NCBI GenBank assembly: GCA_047495785.1
Contig: JBLDXI010000050.1
Span: forward strand, 455,908-519,907
DNA from: Lepidodermella squamata
Lineage: Eukaryota; Animalia; Gastrotricha
Length of the DNA stretch: 64,000 nucleotides
Reading direction: 5' to 3'
The notes under the pieces were generated by a model. That model saw only the letters and a list, made by a program, of their open reading frames with translations, ran no database searches and was not told where the DNA came from. Positions within the stretch are counted from its first letter, which is position 1. Every line of letters begins with the position of its first letter. Shown one piece after another: positions 44,901 through 59,100 of the stretch. The position numbers and the translations under genes were made by a program.

Positions 44901-47900
44901 AATTCATTTCTCGGGATCGAAACGATTTCAGGAAATTCATTGCTCGGGTGCGAAACGATAATGCCTGGCAGACAAAACGCAGCGTGTCCGATCGTTGTGA
45001 TAGCTCTCACAGAAATTTCAGAAAATTCATTTCTCGGTTGCGAATCGATAATGCCTGCAGAAAAACGCATCTTGTCCGATCATTTTAGTAGCTCTCACAG
45101 AAATTTCAGAAAATTCATTGCCCTTGAGTGAATGAAGAATGGCTCGCCGGCAGAACGCGACGTCTCCGATCATTGTGGTAGCTCTCACAGAAAATTCATT
45201 GCCCTTCAGTGAATGGAGAATGCCTCGCCGACAGAACGCATCGTGTCTGTTCATTGTGTTAGCTGTCACAGAAATGTCATGAAAAGAATTGTCTAGGAGG
45301 AAATCGAGAATACAGCCAGACAGAACGCATCGTGTCCGATCATTGTGGTAGCTCTCACAGAAATTTCAGAAAATTCATTTCTCGGGTGCGAAACAATAAT
45401 GTGGTAGCTCTCACAGAAATTTCAGAAAATTCATTTCCCGGTTGCGAATCGATAATACCTGCAGAAAAACGCATCTTGTCCGATCATTTTAGTAGCTCTC
45501 ACAGAAATTTCAGAAAATTCATTGCCCTTGAGTGAATGAAGAATGGCTCGCCGGCAGAACGCGACGTGTCCGATCATTGTGGTAGCTCTCGCAGAAAATT
45601 CATTGCCCTTGAGTGAATGGAGAATGGCTCGCCGACAGAACGCATCGTGTCTGTTTATTGTGGTAGCCATCACAGGAATTTCAGGAAATTCATTGCTCGG
45701 GTGCGAAACGATAATGCCTGCAGAAAAACGCATCTTGTCCGATCATTTTAGTAGCTCTCACAGAAATTTCAGACAATTCATTGCCCTTGAGTGAATGGAG
45801 AATGCCTCGCCGACAGAACGCATCGTGTCTGTTTATTGTGGTAGCCATCACAGAAATTTCAGAAAATTTATTGCCCTTGAGTGAAAGGAGAATGCCTCGC
45901 CGACAGAACGCGTTGTGTCCGATCATTGTGGTAGCTCTCACAGAAATTTCAGTAAATTTATTGCCCTTGAGTGAAAGGAGAATGCCTCGCCGACAGAACG
46001 CGTTGTGTCTGTTTATTGTGGTAGCCATCACAGAAATTTCAGAAAATTTATTGCCCTTGAGTGAAAGGAGAATGCCTCGCCGACAGAACGCGTTGTGTCC
46101 GATCATTGTGGTAGCTCTCACAGAAATTTCAGAAAATTCATTGCCCTTGAGTGAATGAAGAATGGCTCGCCGGCAGAACGCGACGTCTCCGATCATTGTG
46201 GTAGCTCTCACAGAAAATTCATTGCCCTTCAGTGAATGGAGAATGCCTCGCCGACAGAACGCATCGTGTCTGTTCATTGTGTTAGCTGTCACAGAAATGT
46301 CATGAAAAGAATTGTCTAGGAGGAAATCGAGAATACAGCCAGACAGAACGCATCGTGTCCGATCATTGTGGTAGCTCTCACAGAAATTTCAGAAAATTCA
46401 TTTCTCGGGTGCGAAACAATAATGTGGTAGCTCTCACAGAAATTTCAGAAAATTCATTTCCCGGTTGCGAATCGATAATACCTGCAGAAAAACGCATCTT
46501 GTCCGATCATTTTAGTAGCTCTCACAGAAATTTCAGAAAATTCATTGCCCTTGAGTGAATGAAGAATGGCTCGCCGGCAGAACGCGACGTGTCCGATCAT
46601 TGTGGCAGCTCTCGCAGAAAATTCATTGCCCTTGAGTGAATGGAGAATGGCTCGCCGACAGAACGCATCGTGTCTGTTTATTGTGGTAGCCATCACAGGA
46701 ATTTCAGGAAATTCATTGCTCGGGTGCGAAACGATAATGCCTGCAGAAAAACGCATCTTGTCCGATCATTTTAGTAGCTCTCACAGAAATTTCAGACAAT
46801 TCATTGCCCTTGAGTGAATGGAGAATGCCTCGCCGACAGAACGCATCGTGTCTGTTTATTGTGGTAGCCATCACAGAAATTTCAGAAAATTTATTGCCCT
46901 TGAGTGAAAGGAGAATGCCTCGCCGACAGAACGCGTTGTGTCCGATCATTGTGGTAGCTCTCACAGAAATTTCAGTAAATTTATTGCCCTTGAGTGAAAG
47001 GAGAATGCCTCGCCAACAGAACGCGTTGTGTCTGTTTATTGTGGTAGCCATCACAGAAATTTCAGAAAATTTATTGCCCTTGAGTGAAAGGAGAATGCCT
47101 CGCCGACAGAACGCGTTGTGTCCGATCATTGTGGTAGCTCTCACAGAAATTTCAGAAAATTCATTGCCCTTGAGTGAATGAAGAATGGCTCGCCGGCAGA
47201 ACGCGACGTCTCCGATCATTGTGGTAGCTCTCACAGAAAATTCATTGCCCTTCAGTGAATGGAGAATGCCTCGCCGACAGAACGCATCGTGTCTGTTCAT
47301 TGTGTTAGCTGTCACAGAAATGTCATGAAAAGAATTGTCTAGGAGGAAATCGAGAATACAGCCAGACAGAACGCATCGTGTCCGATCATTGTGGTAGCTC
47401 AAACAGAAATTTCAGAAAATTCATTTCTCGGGTGCGAAACGATAATGTGGTAGCTCTCACAGAAATTTCAGAAAATTCATTTCCCGGTTGCGAATCGATA
47501 ATACCTGCAGAAAAACGCATCTTGTCCGATCATTTTAGTAGCTCTCACAGAAATTTCAGAAAATTCATTGCCCTTGAGTGAATGAAGAATGGCTCGCCGG
47601 CAGAACGCGACGTGTCCGATCATTGTGGTAGCTCTCGCAGAAAATTCATTGCCCTTGAGTGAATGGAGAATGGCTCGCCGACAGAACGCATCGTGTCTGT
47701 TTATTGTGGTAGCCATCACAGGAATTTCAGGAAATTCATTGCTCGGGTGCGAAACGATAATGCCTGCAGAAAAGCGCATCTTGTCCGATCATTTTAGTAG
47801 CTCTCACAGAAATTTCAGACAATTCATTGCCCTTGAGTGAATGGAGAATGCCTCGCCGACAGAACGCATCGTGTCTGTTTATTGTGGTAGCCATCACAGA

Positions 47901-50900
47901 AATTTCAGAAAATTTATTGCCCTTGAGTGAAAGGAGAATGCCTCGCCGACAGAACGCGTTGTGTCCGATCATTGTGGTAGCTCTCACAGAAATTTCAGTA
48001 AATTTATTGCCCTTGAGTGAAAGGAGAATGCCTCGCCGACAGAACGCGTTGTGTCTGCTTATTGTGTTAGCTGTCACAGAATTGTGAGAAAATTCATTTC
48101 TCGGGATCGAAACGATTTCAGGAAATTCATTGCTCGGGTGCGAAACGATAATGCCTGGCAGACAAAACGCAGCGTGTCCGATCGTTGTGATAGCTCTCAC
48201 AGAAATTTCAGAAAATTCATTTCTCGGTTGCGAATCGATAATGCCTGCAGAAAAACGCATCTTGTCCGATCATTTTAGTAGCTCTCACAGAAATTTCAGA
48301 AAATTCATTGCCCTTGAGTGAATGAAGAATGGCTCGCCGGCAGAACGCGACGTCTCCGATCATTGTGGTAGCTCTCGCAGAAAATTCATTGCCCTTGAGT
48401 GAATGGAGAATGGCTCGCCGACAGAACGCATCGTGTCTGTTTATTGTGGTAGCCATCACAGGAATTTCAGGAAATTCATTGCTCGGGTGCGAAACGATAA
48501 TGCCTGCAGAAAAACGCATCTTGTCCGATCATTTTAGTAGCTCTCACAGAAATTTCAGACAATTCATTGCCCTTGAGTGAATGGAGAATGCCTCGCCGAC
48601 AGAACGCATCGTGTCTGTTTATTGTGGTAGCCATCACAGAAATTTCAGAAAATTTATTGCCCTTGAGTGAAAGGAGAATGCCTCGCCGACAGAACGCGTT
48701 GTGTCCGATCATTGTGGTAGCTCTCACAGAAATTTCAGTAAATTTATTGCCCTTGAGTGAAAGGAGAATGCCTCGCCGACAGAACGCGTTGTGTCTGTTT
48801 ATTGTGGTAGCCATCACAGAAATTTCAGAAAATTTATTGCCCTTGAGTGAAAGGAGAATGCCTCGCCGACAGAACGCGTTGTGTCCGATCATTGTGGTAG
48901 CTCTCACAGAAATTTCAGAAAATTCATTGCCCTTGAGTGAATGAAGAATGGCTCGCCGGCAGAACGCGACGTCTCCGATCATTGTGGTAGCTCTCACAGA
49001 AAATTCATTGCCCTTCAGTGAATGGAGAATGCCTCGCCGACAGAACGCATCGTGTCTGTTCATTGTGTTAGCTGTCACAGAAATGTCATGAAAAGAATTG
49101 TCTAGGAGGAAATCGAGAATACAGCCAGACAGAACGCATCGTGTCCGATCATTGTGGTAGCTCTCACAGAAATTTCAGAAAATTCATTTCTCGGGTGCGA
49201 AACAGTAATGTGGTAGCTCTCACAGAAATTTCAGAAAATTCATTTCCCGGTTGCGAATCGATAATACCTGCAGAAAAACGCATCTTGTCCGATCATTTTA
49301 GTAGCTCTCACAGAAATTTCAGAAAATTCATTGCCCTTGAGTGAATGAAGAATGGCTCGCCGGCAGAACGCGACGTGTCCGATCATTGTGGTAGCTCTCG
49401 CAGAAAATTCATTGCCCTTGAGTGAATGGAGAATGGCTCGCCGACAGAACGCATCGTGTCTGTTTATTGTGGTAGCCATCACAGGAATTTCAGGAAATTC
49501 ATTGCTCGGGTGCGAAACGATAATGCCTGCAGAAAAACGCATCTTGTCCGATCATTTTAGTAGCTCTCACAGAAATTTCAGACAATTCATTGCCCTTGAG
49601 TGAATGGAGAATGCCTCGCCGACAGAACGCATCGTGTCTGTTTATTGTGGTAGCCATCACAGAAATTTCAGAAAATTTATTGCCCTTGAGTGAAAGGAGA
49701 ATGCCTCGCCGACAGAACGCGTTGTGTCCGATCATTGTGGTAGCTCTCACAGAAATTTCAGTAAATTTATTGCCCTTGAGTGAAAGGAGAATGCCTCGCC
49801 GACAGAACGCGTTGTGTCTGTTTATTGTGGTAGCCATCACAGAAATTTCAGAAAATTTATTGCCCTTGAGTGAAAGGAGAATGCCTCGCCGACAGAACGC
49901 GTTGTGTCCGATCATTGTGGTAGCTCTCACAGAAATTTCAGAAAATTCATTGCCCTTGAGTGAATGAAGAATGGCTCGCCGGCAGAACGCGACGTCTCCG
50001 ATCATTGTGGTAGCTCTCGCAGAAAATTCATTGCCCTTGAGTGAATGGAGAATGGCTCGCCGACAGAACGCATCGTGTCTGTTCATTGTGTTAGCTGTCA
50101 CAGAAATGTCATGAAAAGAATTGTCTAGGAGGAAATCGAGAATACAGCCAGACAGAACGCATCGTGTCCGATCATTGTGGTAGCTCAAACAGAAATTTCA
50201 GAAAATTCATTTCTCGGGTGCGAAACGATAATGTGGTAGCTCTCACAGAAATTTCAGAAAATTCATTTCCCGGTTGCGAATCGATAATACCTGCAGAAAA
50301 ACGCATCTTGTCCGATCATTGTGGTAGCTCTCACAGAAATTTCAGAAAATTCATTGCCCTTGAGTGAATGAAGAATGGCTCGCCGGCAGAACGCGACGTC
50401 TCCGATCATTGTGGTAGCTCTCGCAGAAAATTCATTGCCCTTGAGTGAATGGAGAATGGCTCGCCGACAGAACGCATCGTGTCTGTTCATTGTGTTAGCT
50501 GTCACAGAAATGTCATGAAAAGAATTGTCTAGGAGGAAATCGAGAATACAGCCAGACAGAACGCATCGTGTCCGATCATTGTGGTAGCTCAAACAGAAAT
50601 TTCAGAAAATTCATTTCTCGGGTGCGAAACGATAATGTGGTAGCTCTCACAGAAATTTCAGAAAATTCATTTCCCGGTTGCGAATCGATAATACCTGCAG
50701 AAAAACGCATCTTGTCCGATCATTTTAGTAGCTCTCACAGAAATTTCAGAAAATTCATTGCCCTTGAGTGAATGAAGAATGGCTCGCCGGCAGAACGCGA
50801 CGTGTCCGATCATTGTGGTAGCTCTCGCAGAAAATTCATTGCCCTTGAGTGAATGGAGAATGCCTCGCCGACAGAACGCATCGTGTCTGTTTATTGTGGT

Positions 50901-53900
50901 AGCCATCACAGAAATTTCAGAAAATTCATTGCTCGGGTGCGAAACGATAATGCCTGCAGAAAAACGCATCTTGTCCGATCATTTTAGTAGCTCTCACAGA
51001 AATTTCAGACAATTCATTGCCCTTGAGTGAATGGAGAATGCCTCGCCGACAGAACGCATCGTGTCTGTTTATTGTGGTAGCCATCACAGAAATTTCAGAA
51101 AATTTATTGCCCTTGAGTGAAAGGAGAATGCCTCGCCGACAGAACGCGTTGTGTCCGATCATTGTGGTAGCTCTCACAGAAATTTCAGTAAATTTATTGC
51201 CCTTGAGTGAAAGGAGAATGCCTCGCCGACAGAACGCGTTGTGTCTGCTTATTGTGTTAGCTGTCACAGAATTGTGAGAAAATTCATTTCTCGGGATCGA
51301 AACGATTTCAGGAAATTCATTGCTCGGGTGCGAAACGATAATGCCTGGCAGACAAAACGCAGCGTGTCCGATCGTTGTGATAGCTCTCACAGAAATTTCA
51401 GAAAATTCATTTCTCGGTTGCGAATCGATAATGCCTGCAGAAAAACGCATCTTGTCCGATCATTTTAGTAGCTCTCACAGAAATTTCAGAAAATTCATTG
51501 CCCTTGAGTGAATGAAGAATGGCTCGCCGGCAGAACGCGACGTCTCCGATCATTGTGGTAGCTCTCGCAGAAAATTCATTGCCCTTGAGTGAATGGAGAA
51601 TGGCTCGCCGACAGAACGCATCGTGTCTGTTTATTGTGGTAGCCATCACAGGAATTTCAGGAAATTCATTGCTCGGGTGCGAAACGATAATGCCTGCAGA
51701 AAAACGCATCTTGTCCGATCATTTTAGTAGCTCTCACAGAAATTTCAGACAATTCATTGCCCTTGAGTGAATGGAGAATGCCTCGCCGACAGAACGCATC
51801 GTGTCTGTTTATTGTGGTAGCCATCACAGAAATTTCAGAAAATTTATTGCCCTTGAGTGAAAGGAGAATGCCTCGCCGACAGAACGCGTTGTGTCCGATC
51901 ATTGTGGTAGCTCTCACAGAAATTTCAGTAAATTTATTGCCCTTGAGTGAAAGGAGAATGCCTCGCCGACAGAACGCGTTGTGTCTGTTTATTGTGGTAG
52001 CCATCACAGAAATTTCAGAAAATTTATTGCCCTTGAGTGAAAGGAGAATGCCTCGCCGACAGAACGCGTTGTGTCCGATCATTGTGGTAGCTCTCACAGA
52101 AATTTCAGAAAATTCATTGCCCTTGAGTGAATGAAGAATGGCTCGCCGGCAGAACGCGACGTCTCCGATCATTGTGGTAGCTCTCACAGAAAATTCATTG
52201 CCCTTCAGTGAATGGAGAATGCCTCGCCGACAGAACGCATCGTGTCTGTTCATTGTGTTAGCTGTCACAGAAATGTCATGAAAAGAATTGTCTAGGAGGA
52301 AATCGAGAATACAGCCAGACAGAACGCATCGTGTCCGATCATTGTGGTAGCTCAAACAGAAATTTCAGAAAATTCATTTCTCGGGTGCGAAACGATAATG
52401 TGGTAGCTCTCACAGAAATTTCAGAAAATTCATTTCCCGGTTGCGAATCGATAATACCTGCAGAAAAACGCATCTTGTCCGATCATTTTAGTAGCTCTCA
52501 CAGAAATTTCAGAAAATTCATTGCCCTTGAGTGAATGAAGAATGGCTCGCCGGCAGAACGCGACGTGTCCGATCATTGTGGTAGCTCTCGCAGAAAATTC
52601 ATTGCCCTTGAGTGAATGGAGAATGCCTCGCCGACAGAACGCATCGTGTCTGTTTATTGTGGTAGCCATCACAGAAATTTCAGAAAATTCATTGCTCGGG
52701 TGCGAAACGATAATGCCTGCAGAAAAACGCATCTTGTCCGATCATTTTAGTAGCTCTCACAGAAATTTCAGACAATTTATTGCCCTTGAGTGAATGGAGA
52801 ATGCCTCGCCGACAGAACGCATCGTGTCTGTTTATTGTGGTAGCCATCACAGAAATTTCAGAAAATTTATTGCCCTTGAGTGAAAGGAGAATGCCTCGCC
52901 GACAGAACGCGTTGTGTCCGATCATTGTGGTAGCTCTCACAGAAATTTCAGTAAATTTATTGCCCTTGAGTGAAAGGAGAATGCCTCGCCGACAGAACGC
53001 GTTGTGTCTGCTTATTGTGTTAGCTGTCACAGAATTGTGAGAAAATTCATTTCTCGGGATCGAAACGATTTCAGGAAATTCATTGCTCGGGTGCGAAACG
53101 ATAATGCCTGGCAGACAAAACGCAGCGTGTCCGATCGTTGTGATAGCTCTCACAGAAATTTCAGAAAATTCATTTCTCGGTTGCGAATCGATAATGCCTG
53201 CAGAAAAACGCATCTTGTCCGATCATTTTAGTAGCTCTCACAGAAATTTCAGAAAATTCATTGCCCTTGAGTGAATGAAGAATGGCTCGCCGGCAGAACG
53301 CGACGTCTCCGATCATTGTGGTAGCTCTCGCAGAAAATTCATTGCCCTTGAGTGAATGGAGAATGGCTCGCCGACAGAACTTGAATCGTGTCTGTTTATT
53401 GTGGTAGCCATCACAGGAATTTCAGGAAATTCATTGCTCGGGTGCGAAACGATAATGCCTGCAGAAAAACGCATCTTGTCCGATCATTTTAGTAGCTCTC
53501 ACAGAAATTTCAGACAATTCATTGCCCTTGAGTGAATGGAGAATGCCTCGCCGACAGAACGCATCGTGTCTGTTTATTGTGGTAGCCATCACAGAAATTT
53601 CAGAAAATTTATTGCCCTTGAGTGAAAGGAGAATGCCTCGCCGACAGAACGTGTTGTGTCCGATCATTGTGGTAGCTCTCACAGAAATTTCAGTAAATTT
53701 ATTGCCCTTGAGTGAAAGGAGAATGCCTCGCCGACAGAACGCGTTGTGTCTGCTTATTGTGTTAGCTGTCACAGAATTGTGAGAAAATTCATTTCTCGGG
53801 ATCGAAACGATTTCAGGAAATTCATTGCTCGGGTGCGAAACGATAATGCCTGGCAGACAAAACGCAGCGTGTCCGATCGTTGTGATAGCTCTCACAGAAA

Positions 53901-54548
53901 TTTCAGAAAATTCATTTCTCGGTTGCGAATCGATAATGCCTGCAGAAAAACGCATCTTGTCCGATCATTTTAGTAGCTCTCACAGAAATTTCAGAAAATT
54001 CATTGCCCTTGAGTGAATGAAGAATGGCTCGCCGGCAGAACGCGACGTCTCCGATCATTGTGGTAGCTCTCACAGAAAATTCATTGCCCTTCAGTGAATG
54101 GAGAATGCCTCGCCGACAGAACGCATCGTGTCTGTTCATTGTGTTAGCTGTCACAGAAATGTCATGAAAAGAATTGTCTAGGAGGAAATCGAGAATACAG
54201 CCAGACAGAACGCATCGTGTCCGATCATTGTGGTAGCTCTCACAGAAATTTCAGAAAATTCATTTCTCGGTTGCGAATCGATAATGCCTGCAGAAAAACG
54301 CATCTTGTCCGATCATTTTAGTAGCTCTCACAGAAATTTCAGAAAATTCATTGCTCTTGAGTGAATGGAGAATGCCTCGCCGACAGAACGCATCGTGTCT
54401 GTTTATTGTGGTAGCCATCACAGAAATTTCAGAAAATTTATTGCCCTTGAGTGAAAGGAGAATGCCTCGCCGACAGAACGCGTTGTGTCCGATCATTGTG
54501 GTAGCTCTCACAGAAATTTCAGTAAATTTATTGCCCTTGAGTGAAAGG
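38922..54548. repeat. 90-bp satellite, block 3 (same variant domain as block 2, kb-scale HORs)
   Basis: The monomer interrupted at 30348 resumes exactly (CTTG|TCCGATC). Carries the same diagnostic variants as 23.5-30.3 kb. Confidence 0.97.
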
Positions 54549-56150
54549 CAGTGTTCCGAGACCGGGGGCTAAGGGGGAAGAATGATCCCCCAGAGAGCTG
54601 CGATGAAACTTTGAAGAGGATAAGCTTACCCCCTTGGAGCTAAAAATTTTGGAAAAATTGGCCCATTTTGAAACCAGCAGAATCATGGTTTTCTAGTGGA
54701 ATAGACGTCGAAAACTCAGCCTTGTTAAAGGAAATTCCCCTTTCCATGATTCCATCTTTTTCCACTAAGTAACAAGTAACAAGTCACTTTGATCGCTTAA
54801 AAAAAAATCAAGAAATCACTTCAAAATCGATAATCGATATTCGACAATCGATAAAGAGTTGCCAATATCAGAAAATAGACATCGCCAATGGATTTCCCGT
54901 GAAAAGTTACCCTAGATGACATGGCCTCGCCGTGATTCCTTATTGAGAAATAAAGATTCAATTTATAATGAAACAAAATTGTTCGTTTGTCTGCTTTCAC
55001 GGCCCTATTATAAATTGAAAAAATTAAAATTCCATAAAAAACCTCTTTAAGCTGCTTTTTTCAATACATAATCCCCCTTAACAACCCGAAGGGATAATTT
55101 CTGTATGCTGATTCCGTTCGCTTTTGCAGAATTTTCATAAAGATCACCGATCTCGAGATGATTAGGGGGTGCAATAAATTTATGACTTAATTGCCAATGA
55201 CCCAATTTTTCTTCAAATCCTAACGTGTAACATATATAATTATGCAGAATTTCGCGCTGAATCCAGCGGTGATGTCAGTTTTAAGATCAGACGCATGGTT
55301 GTCAATAAAAAGCTACCTTATTATAAGCGATTTTTACCATTATTTGTTGGCACAATTTATCGTAAACATGCAATTTTAATGGTTCTATGTCAATTGAGCA
55401 AACGAAAATTGAGCAACGAAAATAGAGCAAGGGCTTTTGAGCAACGATATGAGAGCAAACGACACGAGAGCAAAACGAGATTAGAGCAAAACGACACGAG
55501 AGCAAATTTAATAATTAATTGCAGCTGTTGTTTATTTTAAATAAAATTTGCTCTCGTGTCGTTTTGCTCTAATCTCGTTTTGCTCTCGTGTCGTTTTGCT
55601 CTAATCTCGTTTTGCTCTCGTGTCGTTTTGCTCTAATTTCGTTTTGCTCTAATCTCGTTTTGCTCTAATTACGTTTGCTCTAATATCGTTGCTCAAAAGC
55701 CCTTGCTCTATTTTCGTTGCTCAATTTTCGTTTGCTCAATTGACATAGAACCATTTTAAAGCAATCTTAAACTATTCTCAGCCATAATTGTCGAAAAATA
55801 CCGTCAGCTAAAGCTCGCTTCGCTCGCGTGCCTTATTTATTTTTAGTTGTCGGTGTCCGCGCCGAAGTCTTTTGGGGACCTTTGTATGATCCTTTTTCAT
55901 TCAAATTTGTACCCGAAAAGTGTGGACTATGGCTTCAATTGAGAGTACGATTTGAGATCGCAGAAATTGTTCGTCAAGAACCAGTGAGTCATCAGCAAAA
56001 TGAAAGTATGAAAAGTAGAGATGATTATGCTCCTTATAAACACTCTCGAACCAGTGATCAATGCGAGCGAACGCGCTAGCGTTCGCGAGCGAATTTTTTT
56101 TTAAGAAAATTGCCTTATCCCCCTCAGACCAAATCCTTCTCGGATCACTG
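54549..56150. mobile_element. Non-autonomous hAT-like DNA transposon, 1602 bp
   Basis: 8-bp TSD GTGAAAGG at 54541-54548 and 56151-56158. TIRs CAGTGTTCCGAGA and CAGTGATCCGAGA match 12/13. AT-rich interior with no transposase ORF. An 8-bp TSD with short CAG-starting TIRs is the hAT signature. Confidence 0.9.
55380..55753. mobile_element. Nested foldback-type MITE (long inverted arms built of 16-bp subrepeats), about 374 bp
   Basis: Left arm 55380-55509 and right arm 55544-55753 are reverse complements (TGGTTCTATGTCAATTGAGC...). Subrepeats GAGCAAAACGAGATTA and GAGCAAAACGACACGA. TTTTAA direct repeat at 55374-55379 and 55754-55759. Confidence 0.78.
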
Positions 56151-59100
56151 GTGAAAGGAGAATGCCTCGCCGCCAGAACGCGTTGTGTCCGATCATTGTG
56201 GTAGCTCTCACAGAAATTTCAGAAAATTCATTTCTCGGTTGCGAATCGATAATGCCTGCAGAAAAACGCATTTTGTCCGATCATTTTAGTAGCTCTCACA
56301 GAAATTTCAGAAAATTCATTGCCCTTGAGTGAAAGGAGAATGCCTCGCCGACAGAACGCGTTGTGTCCGATCATTGTGGTAGCTCTCACAGAAATTTCAG
56401 AAAATTTATTGCCCTTGAGTGAAAGGAGAATGCCTCGCCGACAGAACGCGTTGTGTCCGATCATTGTGGTAGCTCTCACAGAAATTTCAGAAAATTCATT
56501 GCCCTTGAGTGAATGAAGAATGGCTCGCCGGCAGAACGCGACGTGTCCGATCATTGTGGTAGCTCTCACAGAAATTTCAGAAAATTTATTGCCCTTGAGT
56601 GAAAGGAGAATGCCTCGCCGACAGAACGCGTTGTGTCCGATCATTGTGGTAGCTCTCACAGAAATTTCAGAAAATTCATTTCTCGGGTGCGAAACGATAA
56701 TGTGGTAGCTCTCACAGAAATTTCAGAAAATTCATTTCTCGGTTGCGAATCGATAATGCCTGCAGAAAAACGCATTTTGTCCGATCATTTTAGTAGCTCT
56801 CACAGAAATTTCAGAAAATTCATTGCCCTTGAGTGAAAGGAGAATGCCTCGCCGACAGAACGCGTTGTGTCCGATCATTGTGGTAGCTCTCACAGAAATT
56901 TCAGAAAATTTATTGCCCTTGAGTGAAAGGAGAATGCCTCGCCGACAGAACGCGTTGTGTCCGATCATTGTGGTAGCTCTCACAGAAATTTCAGAAAATT
57001 CATTTCTCGGGTGCGAAACGATAATGTGGTAGCTCTCACAGAAATTTCAGAAAATTCATTTCCCGGTTGCGAATCGATAATGCCTGCAGAAAAACGCATC
57101 TTGTCCGATCATTTTAGTAGCTCTCACAGAAATTTCAGAAAATTCATTGCCCTTGAGTGAATGAAGAATGGCTCGCCGGCAGAACGCGACGTGTCCGATC
57201 ATTGTGGTAGCTCTCGCAGAAAATTCATTGCCCTAGAGTGAATGGAGAATGGCTCGCCGGCAGAACGCATCGTGTCCGATCATTTTAGTAGCTCTCACAG
57301 AAATTTCAGAAAATTCATTGCCCTTGAGTGAATGAAGAATGGCTCGCCGGCAGAACGCGACGTGTCCGATCATTGTGGTAGCTCTCACAGAAATTTCAGT
57401 AAATTCATTGCCATTGAGTGAATGAAGAATGGCTCGCCGGCAGAACGCGACGTGTCCGATCATTGTGGTAGCTCTCACAGAAATTTCAGAAAATTTATTG
57501 CCCTTGAGTGAAAGGAGAATGCCTCGCCGACAGAACGCGTTGTGTCCGATCATTGTGGTAGCTCTCACAGAAATTTCAGAAAATTCATTTCTCGGGTGCG
57601 AAACGATAATGTGGTAGCTCTCACAGAAATTTCAGAAAATTCATTGCCCTTGAGTGAATGAAGAATGGCTCGCCGGCAGAACGCGACGTGTCCGATCATT
57701 GTGGTAGCTCTCGCAGAAAATTCATTGCCCTAGAGTGAATGGAGAATGGCTCGCCGGCAGAACGCATCGTGTCCGATCATTTTAGTAGCTCTCACAGAAA
57801 TTTCAGAAAATTCATTGCCCTTGAGTGAATGAAGAATGGCTCGCCGGCAGAACGCGACGTGTCCGATCATTGTGGTAGCTCTCACAGAAATTTCAGTAAA
57901 TTCATTGCCCTTGAGTGAATGAAGAATGGCTCGCCGGCAGAACGCGACGTGTCCGATCATTGTGGTAGCTCTCACAGAAATTTCAGAAAATTTATTGCCC
58001 TTGAGTGAAAGGAGAATGCCTCGCCGACAGAACGCGTTGTGTCCGATCATTGTGGTAGCTCTCACAGAAATTTCAGAAAATTCATTTCTCGGGTGCGAAA
58101 CGATAATGTGGTAGCTCTCACAGAAATTTCAGAAAATTCATTTCTCGGGTGCGAAACGATAATGTGGTAGCTCTCACAGAAATTTCAGAAAATTCATTTC
58201 TCGGTTGCGAATCGATAATGCCTGCAGAAAAACGCATCTTGTCCGATCATTTTAGTAGCTCTCACAGAAATTTCAGAAAATTTATTGCCCTTGAGTGAAA
58301 GGAGAATGCCTCGCCGACAGAACGCGTTGTGTCCGATCATTGTGGTAGCTCTCACAGAAATTTCAGAAAATTCATTTCTCGGGTGCGAAACGATAATGTG
58401 GTAGCTCTCACAGAAATTTCAGAAAATTCATTTCTCGGTTGCGAATCGATAATGCCTGCAGAAAAACGCATCTTGTCCGATCATTGTGGTAGCTCTCACA
58501 GAAATTTCAGTAAATTCATTGCCCTTGAGTGAATGAAGAATGGCTCGCCGGCAGAACGCGACGTGTCCGATCATTGTGGTAGCTCTCACAGAAATTTCAG
58601 AAAATTTATTGCCCTTGAGTGAAAGGAGAATGCCTCGCCGACAGAACGCGTTGTGTCCGATCATTGTGGTAGCTCTCACAGAAATTTCAGAAAATTCATT
58701 TCTCGGGTGCGAAACGATAATGTGGTAGCTCTCACAGAAATTTCAGAAAATTCATTTCCCGGTTGCGAATCGATAATGCCTGCAGAAAAACGCATCTTGT
58801 CCGATCATTTTAGTAGCTCTCACAGAAATTTCAGAAAATTCATTGCTCTTGAGTGAATGAAGAATGGCTCGCCGGCAGAACGCGACGTGTCCGATCATTG
58901 TGGTAGCTCTCGCAGAAAATTCATTGCCCTTGAGTGAATGGAGAATGGCTCGCCGACAGAACGCATCGTGTCTGTTTATTGTGGTAGCCATCACAGGAAT
59001 TTCAGAAAATTTATTGCCCTTGAGTGAAAGGAGAATGCCTCGCCGACAGAACGCGTTGTGTCCGATCATTGTGGTAGCTCTCACAGAAATTTCAGAAAAT

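Noticed and set aside
55295-56079. ORFs inside the hAT element as transposase remnants
   Set aside because: Under 85 aa, partly translated repeats, and no BED, DDE or hAT dimerisation motifs.
56067-56102. Hairpin plus T-run as a Rho-independent terminator or Helitron 3' end
   Set aside because: The context is eukaryotic, there is no CTRR end at the expected distance, and it lies within hAT TIR/TSD boundaries.
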